The position numbers were made by a program, and so were the translations under genes. Of a stretch of 64,000 nt of DNA, positions 38,023 to 48,738 are shown piece after piece; position 1 is the stretch's first letter, and each line of letters opens with the position of its first letter. The notes below the pieces were generated by a model, which was given only the letters and a program-made list of their open reading frames with translations, searched no databases and was not told where the DNA came from. The stretch covers positions 28,054 to 92,053 of the forward strand of contig DASSME010000407.1 of assembly GCA_035689035.1 (NCBI GenBank). Reading direction: 5' to 3'. This stretch comes from Longimicrobium sp. GTDB lineage: Bacteria; Gemmatimonadota; Gemmatimonadetes; Longimicrobiales; Longimicrobiaceae.

Positions 38023-39885
38023 ATGGCTGACTACCGCAACGACGACGACCGGACGCTTCCCGGGGTGGGGATGAACCGCACCCCCGAAACCGATCCGGAG
38101 CACCTGCTCCCCGACCACACCAGCGCCGGCGCGGTGGGCTCCATCCCCGCCGCCGCGCTGAGCGGCGACCCCGACGCGGTGCGCGACGAGATCGAGCGCA
38201 CGCGTGCCCGGATGAGCCGCACCATCGACCAGCTGGACCGCGCCCTGGTGCGCAAGAAGACTGAGGTGCAGGAAAAGCTCGACGTGGCCGCGCCGATCCG
38301 GCAGCGCCCCTGGGTCTACGCCGGCGGCGTGTTCGCGGCCGGCCTGGCGCTGGGGCTGATCACCGGCGGCGGCAAGCGCGACGACGACGAGGACGACGAC
38401 CACGTGAAGATCCCCAAGGCCCTGCTGGCGGGGATCGGGCTGCAGCAGGCGAGGGGCGGCCGCGGGTCCGGCGACGACGTGGAGGTGGAGTACACCGGCG
38501 AGGGCTCGGACGACTGGGAGACGCGCGCCCGCGAGCTGATGTCGGTGGTGGCCCGGCAGGAGGAGGAGATCCGCTCGCTGCGCGGCGGCGGGCCGGACGA
38601 GACCTGGTACGACGACCCGGACTACCTGTCGCCCACCGACGCCCGCCTGCTCGACGACGTGGAGGCGCTCTCGGAGCACGACGTGCAGGACGAGTGGGAC
38701 GAGGACTGGAACTTCGTGGAGGGCGGGTACAACGACGAGCTCGGCGACACCTACACCGGCCAGCTCGACGGCGACCTGTACATGGGCTCGGAGTACGACG
38801 CGGCCGACTACGAGGTGGAGCTGGACCAGTACGCGCGGAGCGGGATCGACTTCAAGAAGCCGCTGGCCATGCTCCTGGCCGCCGGCGTGGCGGGCGCGCT
38901 GGGCACGCTCGGCAAGCGCGTCCTGGGCGGCCGCGACGACGAGGAGCTGGACGTGGAGGTGGAGCTGGAGCCCCGCGGCGGGCTGGCCGAGGACGTGTAC
39001 GTGGACGAGGCCGGCCGTAGCGCCCGCCGCGCCGCCCGCCACCAGGCGGGGCCCGCGCCGCGCGCCCGCGAGTACGGCCCGGAGTACGGAGCGGCCGGCG
39101 GCGAGCGCTACGCGGCCGCCCCGGCGCCGCGCCGCGCGGGCGCCTACGAGACGCGTGGCGCGTACGACGCCGGGTACGGGTACACCGGTGAGCACGGCGG
39201 CGAGATGGAGGTGGAGGTCGACCTGGAGCAGCCGGTCCGCCGCACCGGGTACACGGGTGAGATGGAGGTGGAGGTCGAGCTGGAGCGCCCGGTGCGCCGG
39301 TCGCTTCCGCCGCGGCGCCGCCGCCCGCGGGTGAGCCCGCTGGCCGGCGCGGTGGCGGCGGGCGCGGCGGCCGCGGTGAGCGGACTGGTGGCCAAGCTGA
39401 TCCATAGCCGCGCCGAGCGTGCCTCCGAGATGGAGGTGGAGGTGGAGCTGGAGCAGCCGCGGCGCCAGCCGGCACCGGTGCGCCGCTCGCCGGCCCCGCA
39501 GCGCCCGGCCGCGGCCTACACGCCGCAGCCGGCGGCCCGTCCGCAGGCGTCCGCGGGCGGTGAGCTGGAGGTGGAGGTAGAGCTCGAGACGCCGCGCGCC
39601 ACGCCCGCCACCGGCAGCTGGACGCCGTCCGCGCACCCGGAGCAGGCGATCAGCGGCTCCGCGTTCGGCTCCACGGCCTCGGCCGGGGCGTCGGACCGTC
39701 CCACCGACGTGGAGGTGGACGCCGAGACTCGCGGCGCCACCCGGGCGGCCGGGGGCACGGTGGGCTACGGCACCGGCGGACAGCCGAACCACACCGGCAC
39801 CCCCGGGAGCGCCTCCGGCAGCGGGAACGCCGGCGGCGGCACCGGCACCGGCGGCAGCACCCCGTCCAACCCGCCGCTGATGTAA
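38023..39885 (+). CDS. DUF3618-like protein with acidic low-complexity repeats
   Basis: 'DAVRDEIERTRARMSRTIDQL'; repeated E(M/L)EVEVELE motif; AGGAGG RBS. Confidence 0.75.
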   Translation: MADYRNDDDRTLPGVGMNRTPETDPEHLLPDHTSAGAVGSIPAAALSGDPDAVRDEIERTRARMSRTIDQLDRALVRKKTEVQEKLDVAAPIRQRPWVYAGGVFAAGLALGLITGGGKRDDDEDDDHVKIPKALLAGIGLQQARGGRGSGDDVEVEYTGEGSDDWETRARELMSVVARQEEEIRSLRGGGPDETWYDDPDYLSPTDARLLDDVEALSEHDVQDEWDEDWNFVEGGYNDELGDTYTGQLDGDLYMGSEYDAADYEVELDQYARSGIDFKKPLAMLLAAGVAGALGTLGKRVLGGRDDEELDVEVELEPRGGLAEDVYVDEAGRSARRAARHQAGPAPRAREYGPEYGAAGGERYAAAPAPRRAGAYETRGAYDAGYGYTGEHGGEMEVEVDLEQPVRRTGYTGEMEVEVELERPVRRSLPPRRRRPRVSPLAGAVAAGAAAAVSGLVAKLIHSRAERASEMEVEVELEQPRRQPAPVRRSPAPQRPAAAYTPQPAARPQASAGGELEVEVELETPRATPATGSWTPSAHPEQAISGSAFGSTASAGASDRPTDVEVDAETRGATRAAGGTVGYGTGGQPNHTGTPGSASGSGNAGGGTGTGGSTPSNPPLM

Positions 39886-40131
39886 GCGGCGCGGCGGGGC
39901 GGCAGCACGCGCGAGGGCGCCGGGGTGGTCTACCCGGCGCCCTCGCCGCGTTCGCCGAGTGACGCGGTCGACGAGGCGTTGCGGTTCAAGCTCCCCCGGG
40001 CCGTCTTGCGGTAGTCGGAAGATGCGGGCAGCGGGAGCGTCCGCGTCTTCCGGACGGTGCCTCCCGCTCGCGCCCGGCTTTTGCGTCCATCTTCCGATAT
40101 GCGGTTCGGCTCCACACCTTCTCATCATCCC

Positions 40132-42228
40132 ATGCCGTTCATCGACCGAAGCCGGGTGCGTCCGTCGCTCGGCTGCATGCTGGCGCTGGCGCTCGCCGTG
40201 CTCCCCGCCTCCGCGCTCGCGCAGCGGGACGGCACGGCGGGTGACAGCGTGCCGCGGCACTACGGCATCGACACGCTGGCCGTGCGCGTGCTGCGCACGC
40301 CGGTGGTGCAGCTGCGCGCGCCGTTCGCCGTCTCGGTCGTGGGCGGCGAGGCGCAGCGGCGGGCGAAGCCGGGGCTGGCGCTGAACGAGCCGCTGGCCGG
40401 TGTGCCGGGGGTGCAGGTGGAGAACCGCTTCAACTACGCGCTGGGCGAGCGCATCTCGGTCCGCGGCTTCGGCGCGCGGGCGCAGTTCGGGGTGCGCGGC
40501 GTGCGGGTGCTGCTGGACGGCCTTCCCGCCACGCTCCCGGACGGGCAGACCAACCTCAACCACGTGGACGTGGGCTCCGTCGAGCGCGCGGAGGTGATCC
40601 GCGGGCCGGCCAGCGCGCTGTACGGCAACGCGTCGGGCGGGGTGGTGCGGCTCTCCACCGTCCCCGCGCCGCCGGTGCCGCTGGGCTCGGAGTACCGGGC
40701 CACCACGGGCGCGGACGGGCTGCTGCGGCTGCAGTCGTCCGCGGCGGGCACGCTGGGGCCCTTCGACTACCGCGCCAGCCTCACGCGGCTGAGCTACGAC
40801 GGCTACCGCGAGCACCAGGCGGCGCGCAACACGCTGGGGGGCTTGAACCTGGGCCTGCACCGCGGCGCCGACGCGGTGCGCCTGGCCTTCACCGCCGTGC
40901 GCTACGACGCGCAGAACCCCGGCGCGCTCACCGACTCGCTGCTGCGGGTGGACCGTTCCCGGGCGCTGGCGAACAACGTGGCGCAGAAGGCCGGCGAGCG
41001 CGGCCACCAGGGCCAGCTGGGCCTCACCTGGGAGCACGCGCTCGGCCCCGGCGCGCTGGAGGTGACCGCGTACGGGCTGGTGCGCTCGGTGGACAACCCG
41101 ATCCCCGTGCGGTACATCGACCTGGAGCGCAAGGCGGGGGGCGCGCGCGCGGTGCTGAACGGCGCCGCCGGCCCGCTGCTGCGCTGGACGCTCGGCTCGG
41201 AGTGGGAGGCGCAGCACGACCAGCGGGTGAACCACGGGAACAACGCCGGCGCGCGCGGCGCCCTGCTGCTGGAGCAGCGCGAGCACGTGACCTCGGCCGC
41301 GGGCTTCGCCGAGCTCTCGGCCGCGGCGGGGCCGGTGGACGTGCTGGCGGCGCTGCGCTACGACCGTTTCCGCTTCTCGGTGGATGACCGGCTGGTGACG
41401 GCGGGCGACCCCGACGATTCCGGCGCGCGGACGATGGACGCCTGGAGCCCGATGGCGGGTGTGAGCGTGTCGGCCGCGCCGTGGCTGTCGGTCTACGCGA
41501 ACGTCGCCACGGCGTTCCAGACGCCGACCACCACCGAGCTGGCGAACCGGCCGGACGGCGCGGGCGGCTTCAACCCGCTGCTGCGGCCCGAGCGCACGCG
41601 CAGCGTGGAGGCGGGCGCAAAGGCGCGGCGCGGCGGCGCGTGGGCCGAGCTGGCCGTGTACCGCGCGCGGGTGCGCGACGCGCTGGTGCCCTTCGAGGTG
41701 GAGGGCGCGCCCGGCCGGCAGTTCTACCGCAACGCGGGCGGGGCGATCCACCGCGGCTTCGAGGCGAGCGCCGGCGCCCGCCCGGCCGCCCCGCTGCTGC
41801 TGCGCGCCGCGTACACCCGGGTCGACGCGCGCTTCGGTGACTACGAGCTGGGCGGCACCGAGCTGCGCGGCAACCGCGTTCCCGGCATCGCGCCGCACCG
41901 GGTGGAGGCGTCGGCGTTCTGGTCGCGCGGCACGGGCCCGTTCGCCGGGATCGACCTGCGCCACGCGGCCCGCACCCCCGTGGCCGACACCGACGCGGCC
42001 GGCGCGTTCGCATCCCCCGCCTACACCACGGCGGACGTGCGCGGCGGATGGTCGGAGCTGCGCGCGGTGCACGTCCGTCTCTCGCCGACGGTGGGCGTGA
42101 CGAACGTGTTCGACGTGCGCTACAACACCTCCGTCGTCATCAACGCCGTCCGTAGCCGCTACTACGAGCCGGGGCCGGGGCGAGCGCTCTACGCCGGCCT
42201 GGAGGTGAAGCTCGGCCGGGGGTGGTGA
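40132..42228 (+). CDS. TonB-dependent receptor
   Basis: Signal peptide; plug 'ISVRGFG', 'EVIRGPASALYGNASGGV'; barrel ending 'PGRALYAGLEVKL'. Confidence 0.92.
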   Translation: MPFIDRSRVRPSLGCMLALALAVLPASALAQRDGTAGDSVPRHYGIDTLAVRVLRTPVVQLRAPFAVSVVGGEAQRRAKPGLALNEPLAGVPGVQVENRFNYALGERISVRGFGARAQFGVRGVRVLLDGLPATLPDGQTNLNHVDVGSVERAEVIRGPASALYGNASGGVVRLSTVPAPPVPLGSEYRATTGADGLLRLQSSAAGTLGPFDYRASLTRLSYDGYREHQAARNTLGGLNLGLHRGADAVRLAFTAVRYDAQNPGALTDSLLRVDRSRALANNVAQKAGERGHQGQLGLTWEHALGPGALEVTAYGLVRSVDNPIPVRYIDLERKAGGARAVLNGAAGPLLRWTLGSEWEAQHDQRVNHGNNAGARGALLLEQREHVTSAAGFAELSAAAGPVDVLAALRYDRFRFSVDDRLVTAGDPDDSGARTMDAWSPMAGVSVSAAPWLSVYANVATAFQTPTTTELANRPDGAGGFNPLLRPERTRSVEAGAKARRGGAWAELAVYRARVRDALVPFEVEGAPGRQFYRNAGGAIHRGFEASAGARPAAPLLLRAAYTRVDARFGDYELGGTELRGNRVPGIAPHRVEASAFWSRGTGPFAGIDLRHAARTPVADTDAAGAFASPAYTTADVRGGWSELRAVHVRLSPTVGVTNVFDVRYNTSVVINAVRSRYYEPGPGRALYAGLEVKLGRGW

Positions 42229-42369
42229 AATCTACGAGTGACCAACGGAAGTCCGCGGATTGGTAGAGGTCGGAAGGAACGGGCGGAGAGGAAATACGGA
42301 TCGGGGCGTTCCGCGCTGGAGCGCCCCGATGGTCGTTGGGCCGCGGAACCAGCCGGGTCAGATTCTCCT

Positions 42370-42670
42370 CAGGTGGGACCGCCGGAGGAAAGGTGTGATC
42401 GCGCGCCTTGCGATGCCGCCGAAACGACGGCGTCGGCCCTGCGCTCCTCCGGAAGGGGGGGGCCAGCCCGTCTTCGATCATCGATTCGATGTAGAGGGCC
42501 ATCGCATCACGCACGTTCCGGATCGCCTCCTCGGGCGTGGCACCGTGGCTCTCGCATCCGGGCAGTTCCACTACGGAGGCGAAGTACAGCCGCTCATCGT
42601 GCGTTCCCCGATCAGGAACCACGTGGATGTGATACGGCTGATTCAGATGGTACTGAAGCTCGAGCGTCAT
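42370..42670 (-). pseudogene. hicB: HicB-family antitoxin, probable frameshift in a poly-C tract, no intact hicA
   Basis: 'YFASVVELPGCESHGATPEEAIRNVRDA'; adding one C in the C8 tract (~42455-42462) gives ...APPLPEE...GGPT* ending near 42370. Confidence 0.6.
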
Positions 42671-42773
42671 TCGGACTCCTTCTCCTGAAGCTCTTTCAGA
42701 TGGCGGATCAGCTTTTTATCTGCTCGTACGCCCCTGTGATATCAGGCACACACTTCAGGCTTACAGCGTCTGA

Positions 42774-43229
42774 TCACTTTCGTCGCACGTGGATGACCTT
42801 CTCCACGTCGGCGTGGACGGCGCCAGAGGCGTCCACGATGTCGATGCGATAGGTGCGGTCGACGGATCGCTCCGTCCGCAGCGCGGCGCGGATGGCGTCG
42901 AGCTCGGCGTCGTCGATCGCGAAGGTGGCGTGCAGGCGCGAGCGGCCGGGCTTGCGGAAGCGGATGGTCGCGGCCTTGTCCCACACGACGTACTCGGGGC
43001 CCAGCGCCTTGATCAGCATCACCATGTAGATGGGATCGACCGATCCGTACAGGCTGCCGCCGAAGATGGTGCCCACGTAGTTCCTGGTGCGCCGGCTGAG
43101 CGGGATCTCCACCCGCACCTCGCGCCAGTCGCTGGAGATGTAGGCGATGCGCCCGCCCGTGCCGCGGTACGCCGGGAACAGGTACGTGTACGCCAGCCGG
43201 GTGACGCGCGTGCGCAACGACTCGGGCAT
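42774..43229 (-). CDS. Hotdog-fold thioesterase (DUF4442/PaaI-like)
   Basis: 'RNYVGTIFGGSLY..VDP', 'VWDKAATIRFRKPG'. Confidence 0.88.
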   Translation of the reverse strand: MPESLRTRVTRLAYTYLFPAYRGTGGRIAYISSDWREVRVEIPLSRRTRNYVGTIFGGSLYGSVDPIYMVMLIKALGPEYVVWDKAATIRFRKPGRSRLHATFAIDDAELDAIRAALRTERSVDRTYRIDIVDASGAVHADVEKVIHVRRK

Positions 43230-43360
43230 CGGTGGTCTTCGATTCGAGCATGGGAATCGGGCGAAGCGCTCCGGGCCAATCTACCCGACGCCAACAGACC
43301 TCGCACCACGCCCGCGCCCGAGCGGCGCGCGCTTGACGTAGCCGGTGTGCGGGACTGAAG

Positions 43361-44257
43361 TTGCGCGACTTCGATCCGACACCCGATCCGCGCTCACGGA
43401 GCTGCCGACACGTGGACACGCTCGCCTGCGGGCACCGCCTGGCCGACCCCGGGCAGACGCACTACTGCACCTACCTCCACCTCCACGAGCTGCTGTCGCT
43501 GCAGCCGGGGCCGGACCAGGCGCGCCACCCCGACGAGCACCTGTTCGTGGTGGCGCACCAGTCGTTCGAGCTGTGGTTCAGCCAGCTGCTCACCGACCTG
43601 CCGCGGGTGATCGAGTCGCTGCGGAACGACGACGTGGGGATGGCCACCTGGCTGATGCAGCGCTGCACCGCCGTGGTGCGCATGTTCACGCCGATGATGC
43701 GGGTGCTGGAGACGATGACGCTGGGCGGCTTCTACGCCTTCCGCCACCACCTGGTGCCCGCCAGCGGCGGCGAGAGCGGGCAGTGGCACCAGGTGGAGAT
43801 CCTTTCCGGCGCGCGCGAGCCCGAGTTCCTGCGCTATCTGCAGGCCGAGCCCCGGTCGGGCGACGCGGCGGGTCCGCAGGTGGGGGTGTGGACGCCGCGC
43901 CTGGCCGAGCTGTGGGAGGCGCCATCGGTGGCGAGTGCCGCGCGGGAGCGGTTCGAGCGCCGCGGCGTGAGCCCCGCCGACGCCTACGCCGCCAGCCACG
44001 CCGGCGCCGAGCACTGGGACCTGGTGCTGCTGGCCGAGGCGCTGCTGGAGTACGACCAGGAGGTGCGGATGTGGCGCTTCGTGCACGCTCGCACCGCCGA
44101 GCGCACCATCGGCCCCGACACCGAGGGCACCGGCCACACCACCGGCGTGCGCTTCCTGGAGCGGATGGCCACCCTCCGCGCCTCGTTCTTCCCCTTCCTC
44201 TGGGCCGCCCGTGGCGAGTTGTGGGACCGTACCAATCCCCGGCCCCCCGCTCCCTGA
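43361..44257 (+). CDS. kynA: Tryptophan 2,3-dioxygenase family protein
   Basis: 'YLHLHELLSLQ', 'DEHLFVVAHQSFELWF', 'ASGGES.QW..VE', 'WRFVH...ERTIG...GTG'; start uncertain. Confidence 0.85.
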   Translation: MRDFDPTPDPRSRSCRHVDTLACGHRLADPGQTHYCTYLHLHELLSLQPGPDQARHPDEHLFVVAHQSFELWFSQLLTDLPRVIESLRNDDVGMATWLMQRCTAVVRMFTPMMRVLETMTLGGFYAFRHHLVPASGGESGQWHQVEILSGAREPEFLRYLQAEPRSGDAAGPQVGVWTPRLAELWEAPSVASAARERFERRGVSPADAYAASHAGAEHWDLVLLAEALLEYDQEVRMWRFVHARTAERTIGPDTEGTGHTTGVRFLERMATLRASFFPFLWAARGELWDRTNPRPPAP

Positions 44258-44983
44258 TGGCCGGGCCGCCAAGCCAGCCCGCCAGAAGAATCGCCTGAGA
44301 ATCTGAGACACGGAGGATACAGGGCCACGGAGAGCGCCATCGCTCTTCTCCGTGGCTCCGTGCCGTGCCCGGCGAATCGGTGTGGGATGACAAGCCGGTA
44401 ATCCACTCTGGATTTCGGGCGATCGCACCGCCTCGTCATCCTGATATGAGTCACCCACCGCGCTGCGCGCGACCACGAAGGAAAAACACGACGGGCTCTC
44501 CCGGAGTTCACGGAGTTCACAGAAACAACCGCAGTTCCTCCGTGGACTCTGTGAACTCTGCGAGAGCCAGGCTGTTTGTCCCTGCGTGATTCGGTAGATG
44601 AAACTCTGGAGATCGCCTGGTAGCAGTGAGCACGGCTCACCCAAATCTGGCGGGTCAGGATGATCGTGGTCCGACTGGCGCGTCTTGCAGGCTGCAATTA
44701 AACTTGCGGCCTCCCAGGTGCAGCCGTGTGACGGATGTGCGCAACTCGTTGCCCATCCTTGCTCCCGCCGCGAGAGATCTTTCGTCGTAAAGCGTCTCGT
44801 ACACCTCCGATGCATCCGGTAGATCCGCTTGCCCGAAGACGCTAACCGCCCTGGGCGACGGCTTGTTCGGATCGCCTGAATCCAGGCCGCCCGTCCGAGA
44901 CGTATCTTGGACAAACGTTGGACGAAATTTTGCGCACGCTGTGCGCGACCGCATCCTCCTGGCCTTTTCGCGATCACGAACGC

Positions 44984-46741
44984 ATGAGCCCGAGCATACC
45001 CACCGACATCCCGCTGGGCGGCGCGCGCCTGTTCGGCGCCGGCGACCGGCCCGGCGCCGGCCCCTCCGCCGTCACCCTGCTGGAAGAGACCTGGCGCCGC
45101 ACCGACCGCATGCTGGCCTGGCTGCTGCTGGGGCACCTGCCGCTGATGATCGCCCTGGCGTTCCTGCACGACACCTGGGCCGCGGTGCTCGCGTGGGGAG
45201 TGCCGTGCGTGGCGGCGGGCGCGCTGGTGGCGTGGCGCATCCCCGGCCGGCTGGCGGCGCGGATGACGATCGCCACCGCGCTCCTCCTGGTCAGCGCGCT
45301 GATCATCCACCAGACGCACGGGATGATCGAGATGCACTTCCACATCTTCGCCATCCTGGCGTTCCTGCTGATGTACCGCGACTGGCGCGTGCCGGTGTGG
45401 GGTGCCGTGGTGGTGGCCGCGCACCACGTGCTGGGGAACGCGTCGCAGGTGAACGGCGGCGGGATGCACGTCTTCCAGGACCACTCGGGGTGGGGGATCG
45501 TGGCGGTGCACGCCGGGTGGGTGGTGTTCGAGGTCACCATCCTGGTCTACATGTCGCGCCTGCTGGCGGCCGAGACCCGACAGGCGCAGGGGCTGGTGGA
45601 GCTGGCCGCGCGCGTGGGCGAGGGCGACCTGACCACGCGGGCGGACCGGGGCGAGGGCGCGGTGGGCGACGCGGTGGGCGCCATCAACGCCGGCACCGGC
45701 CGCCTGGCCGGCGCGCTGCGCGAGGTGCGCGGGCAGGCGCGGCAGGTGGCCGACGTGGCGCAGGGCTTCAGCGCCGCCAGCGACCACGTGACGCACGCCG
45801 CCGAGGGCGTGGCCGCGTCGCTCACGCAGGTGGTGGCCGGCGCGCAGGAGCAGGCCCGCACCGCGCAGATGCTGGCCGACGCGCTGCAGCAGATGACGGT
45901 GGGGATCGACGGCGTGGCCGGCCGCGCGCTGGCCGTGGCCGGCGAGGGGCGCCGCGCGCAGGGCGTGGCGCGCGACGGCACCCGCGTGATCGGCGAGGCG
46001 GTGGGAAGCCTGGGCCGGATCCGCGAGACGGTGCTGGAGAGCGCCGCGCGCATCACCGAGCTGCACGGCTACACCGAGCGCATCGGCCGCATCACCCAGG
46101 CGGTGGCGGGCATCGCCAACCAGACCAACCTGCTGGCGCTGAACGCCGCGATCGAGGCGGCGCGCGCCGGCGAGCACGGCCGCGGCTTCGCGGTGGTCGC
46201 CGAAGAGGTGCGCAAGCTGGCCACGCAGAGCGGCGACTCGGCGCGCGAGGCGGCCGAGCTGATCGCCAGCGTGCAGGGCACCACGGCGCGCGTGGTGGAG
46301 AGCATGCGCCGCGGCACCGCCGAGGTGGAGGCGGGGTCGCAGCTGGCCAGCGGCGCGGGGGGCGCGCTGGAGCAGATCATGGCGGTGGTGGAGAACACCG
46401 TGCGCGAGGTGGGCGCCATCGACCGCGCCGCCCGCGAGATCTCGGCCTCGAGCCGCACCGTGCTGCAGGTGGCGGGGCTCGACGCCGCGTCGGAGCAGGG
46501 CGGGCTGGTGGCGCTCTCGCAGGCCAACGCCGCCGCCGCCGAGGACGCGGCCGCCGCGGTGGAAGAGATCAACGCCAGCATGGAAGAGATGAGCGCCAGC
46601 GCCGAGGAGCTGGCCCGCATCGCCCGCGAGCTGCAAGACGAGACCGCGCGCTTCCGCACCGGCGCGGACGATGCCGAGCCCCCGCCAGCGCCCGTGGTCA
46701 CCGCGCTGCGCCCCCGACGAGCGCTCTCGGCCGCGGCGTGA
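44984..46741 (+). CDS. Methyl-accepting chemotaxis protein with multi-TM sensor
   Basis: '[37 protein letters not shown]'; 'IEMHFHIF' TM domain. Confidence 0.95.
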   Translation: MSPSIPTDIPLGGARLFGAGDRPGAGPSAVTLLEETWRRTDRMLAWLLLGHLPLMIALAFLHDTWAAVLAWGVPCVAAGALVAWRIPGRLAARMTIATALLLVSALIIHQTHGMIEMHFHIFAILAFLLMYRDWRVPVWGAVVVAAHHVLGNASQVNGGGMHVFQDHSGWGIVAVHAGWVVFEVTILVYMSRLLAAETRQAQGLVELAARVGEGDLTTRADRGEGAVGDAVGAINAGTGRLAGALREVRGQARQVADVAQGFSAASDHVTHAAEGVAASLTQVVAGAQEQARTAQMLADALQQMTVGIDGVAGRALAVAGEGRRAQGVARDGTRVIGEAVGSLGRIRETVLESAARITELHGYTERIGRITQAVAGIANQTNLLALNAAIEAARAGEHGRGFAVVAEEVRKLATQSGDSAREAAELIASVQGTTARVVESMRRGTAEVEAGSQLASGAGGALEQIMAVVENTVREVGAIDRAAREISASSRTVLQVAGLDAASEQGGLVALSQANAAAAEDAAAAVEEINASMEEMSASAEELARIARELQDETARFRTGADDAEPPPAPVVTALRPRRALSAAA

Positions 46742-46819
46742 GCCGCCGGGGTATCCGGCGTTGACGACGAACGCCCGTCACGCGGCGGGCCTTCGTCGTT
46801 CGCGGCACGGGTAAACGCG

Positions 46820-47278
46820 CTACTCCGTCCGGTGGCGCAGCGTCATCAGCAGCGTTCCCGCGATCAGGAACGCGGCGGAAAGGAGTACGCGCGGCGCGGA
46901 AAGCTCGTGCGCCCACGGCGCCTCCAGGAGCGGTGGGAGCCCCACACCCAGCATCAGGGCTCCCAGCGAGCCCATCACGGCAAGCTTGCGGTCACGCGTG
47001 CGCGCCACCAGATAAGCACTCGCCTGCCGCACGTATGCCGGCGACACCACGTCGGCTTGGTGCCGGTCGGCGACGCGCGCGGCTTCGCGCGCCAGGTCCT
47101 CGGCGTACGCGTCCACGCAGCCCTTGAACTCGGCGAGCGCCGCCTGCGAAAAGTGGCCGGCGCCCACCCGCGTGGCCGCCCGCTCCGCCGCCACCGCGCC
47201 GTAGCCTGCGCCTTCCGCCAGCATCGGGTGGCGGTCCCCGTCGGCTCCGCCGTGGTCCGGAGAGGGCGCGCTGAGCAT
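46820..47278 (-). CDS. Histone-fold protein with two C-terminal TM helices
   Basis: 'FSQAALAEFKGCVDAYAEDLAREAARVADRHQADVVSPAYVRQAS' fits the histone alpha2-L2-alpha3 pattern; 2 hydrophobic helices; start uncertain (47278 or 47224). Confidence 0.6.
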   Translation of the reverse strand: MLSAPSPDHGGADGDRHPMLAEGAGYGAVAAERAATRVGAGHFSQAALAEFKGCVDAYAEDLAREAARVADRHQADVVSPAYVRQASAYLVARTRDRKLAVMGSLGALMLGVGLPPLLEAPWAHELSAPRVLLSAAFLIAGTLLMTLRHRTE

Positions 47279-47368
47279 CGTCGGATGAGCGGAGTCTTTG
47301 CAATTTAAGTCTGCTAAAGGATATCGGACCGCGCGCACGGAACGGCTCACCCGGCACCCTCCGGTTCG

Positions 47369-47635
47369 CTATCGGCGCCGGATGGAATCCCACATGCGCA
47401 CGAGGCCGTACGACAGGAGCATCATGGCCAGTTCGAAGGCACCCGTGGCCGCAAGTGCGCTTACCGCGCGCCAGAAACCCAGCTGCGCCAGAAATTCGAA
47501 CTGGGTGGCGGCGAGCGCGACCAGCGACACGGCCACGAACAGCAGCATGTGCACGAACGGGCCGCGCTCGTCAGGGTCGCGGCGCTGCGGCTTGCGCCGG
47601 GGGAACACGTCGACTGCGGGGATCTGCGCCAGCAT
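47369..47635 (-). CDS. Small 2-TM hypothetical protein
   Basis: AGGAG RBS before ATG; two hydrophobic helices. Confidence 0.6.
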   Translation of the reverse strand: MLAQIPAVDVFPRRKPQRRDPDERGPFVHMLLFVAVSLVALAATQFEFLAQLGFWRAVSALAATGAFELAMMLLSYGLVRMWDSIRRR

Positions 47636-47706
47636 GTTAGGTCTCCTGGTGCGCGTCTTCACTGCGTGCACTTCTACGCTATAAAAATGGACAACGGAGC
47701 GCAAGG

Positions 47707-48477
47707 GTGTTGCTCCACGCTCTCCGCAGGTGTTTACGAACGGCCTGCATCCCGTGGTTCGTCCTGGCGCTGGGCGGGTGCACCTACCACCTGGCCGCGG
47801 TGCAGCAGCCGGCCCGGGCGGTGGCGTTCACCACGGGCGGCCCCTGGCGCAGCCTGGTGTACGCGGCCCGCACCGACAGCGGCGTGGTGGTGGTGGACCT
47901 GGGCTACGTGGGCGCCGGCTCCTCGCTGCGCGGCCGGCTGCGCGCGCTGGGCGCCGCGCCGGCGGAGGTGACCGACGTCTTTCTCACCCACAGCCACCGC
48001 GACCACGTGCGCGCGTGGAAGACGGTGCGCGGCGCCCGCTTCCACCTGTGGGCGCCCGAGCAGCCGCTGTTCGAGGGCACGCGCGGCCACGCCGACTTCC
48101 CCTCGCGCACCGCGCGCAGCGTGTTCGGGCACGCCGGCCCCAGACCCGGCGAGGTGGACGTGCGGCCCTTCGCGCGCGACACGGCGTTCGTGGTGGGCGG
48201 CGACACGGTGTGGGCGTACACGGTGCCCGGCCACACGGCGGGGAGCGCGGCGTACCTGTTCCGCGGCATCCTGTTCGTGGGCGACGCGGTGGCGCGCAAG
48301 CCGCTGCGGGGCTACGGCGGCGCCGACCCCTTCTTCAGCGCCGACACGCGCATGAACCGCCAGAGCCTGATCGGCCTGTTCGCCCGCGTGCCGATGGAGC
48401 GCGTGGAGTGGGTGTGCAACGCCCACGCGAAGTGCGCCCGCCCCGACGAGCGCTTCATCACCAAGGTCACGCGCTGA
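47707..48477 (+). CDS. MBL-fold metallo-hydrolase (lipoprotein)
   Basis: 'LTHSHRDH', 'PGHTAGS', 'LFVGD'; LGGC lipobox. Confidence 0.9.
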   Translation: MLLHALRRCLRTACIPWFVLALGGCTYHLAAVQQPARAVAFTTGGPWRSLVYAARTDSGVVVVDLGYVGAGSSLRGRLRALGAAPAEVTDVFLTHSHRDHVRAWKTVRGARFHLWAPEQPLFEGTRGHADFPSRTARSVFGHAGPRPGEVDVRPFARDTAFVVGGDTVWAYTVPGHTAGSAAYLFRGILFVGDAVARKPLRGYGGADPFFSADTRMNRQSLIGLFARVPMERVEWVCNAHAKCARPDERFITKVTR

Positions 48478-48738
48478 GCCCCATCGTTCGGGTTCGATCG
48501 TGCGAAGCTGGATACGTGGCCCGGGTCTCCGAGCGGTCCGTCGGCGGGCGCTCGAGCGTCTTTGGAGGATGATCCCGTGTCGCCGCCACGAGTCGGTGCG
48601 GGCGAAGCAGATGCGGCACAAACGGACCGGCTCCGCACGCGATTGGTTCGCGGCGGAGCCGGTCCGTCTTCAGGCGGTTCAGCACATCAGGGGTGAGACC
48701 ACACCCACGAAGAGCGTACGTCCTCCGGCACTTCGGTT

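Noticed and set aside
36664-42072. 1802-aa minus-strand ORF and other very long ORFs (e.g. 13661-17461, 43394-46636, 703-2427, 23716-26247)
   Set aside because: Arg/Gly/Ala/Pro-rich shadow frames of GC-rich genes with clear motifs on the other strand or frame.
44300-44900. Lower-GC intergenic stretch with short ORFs
   Set aside because: No recognisable protein motif or RNA family; contains only a family C repeat and the probable MCP promoter region.
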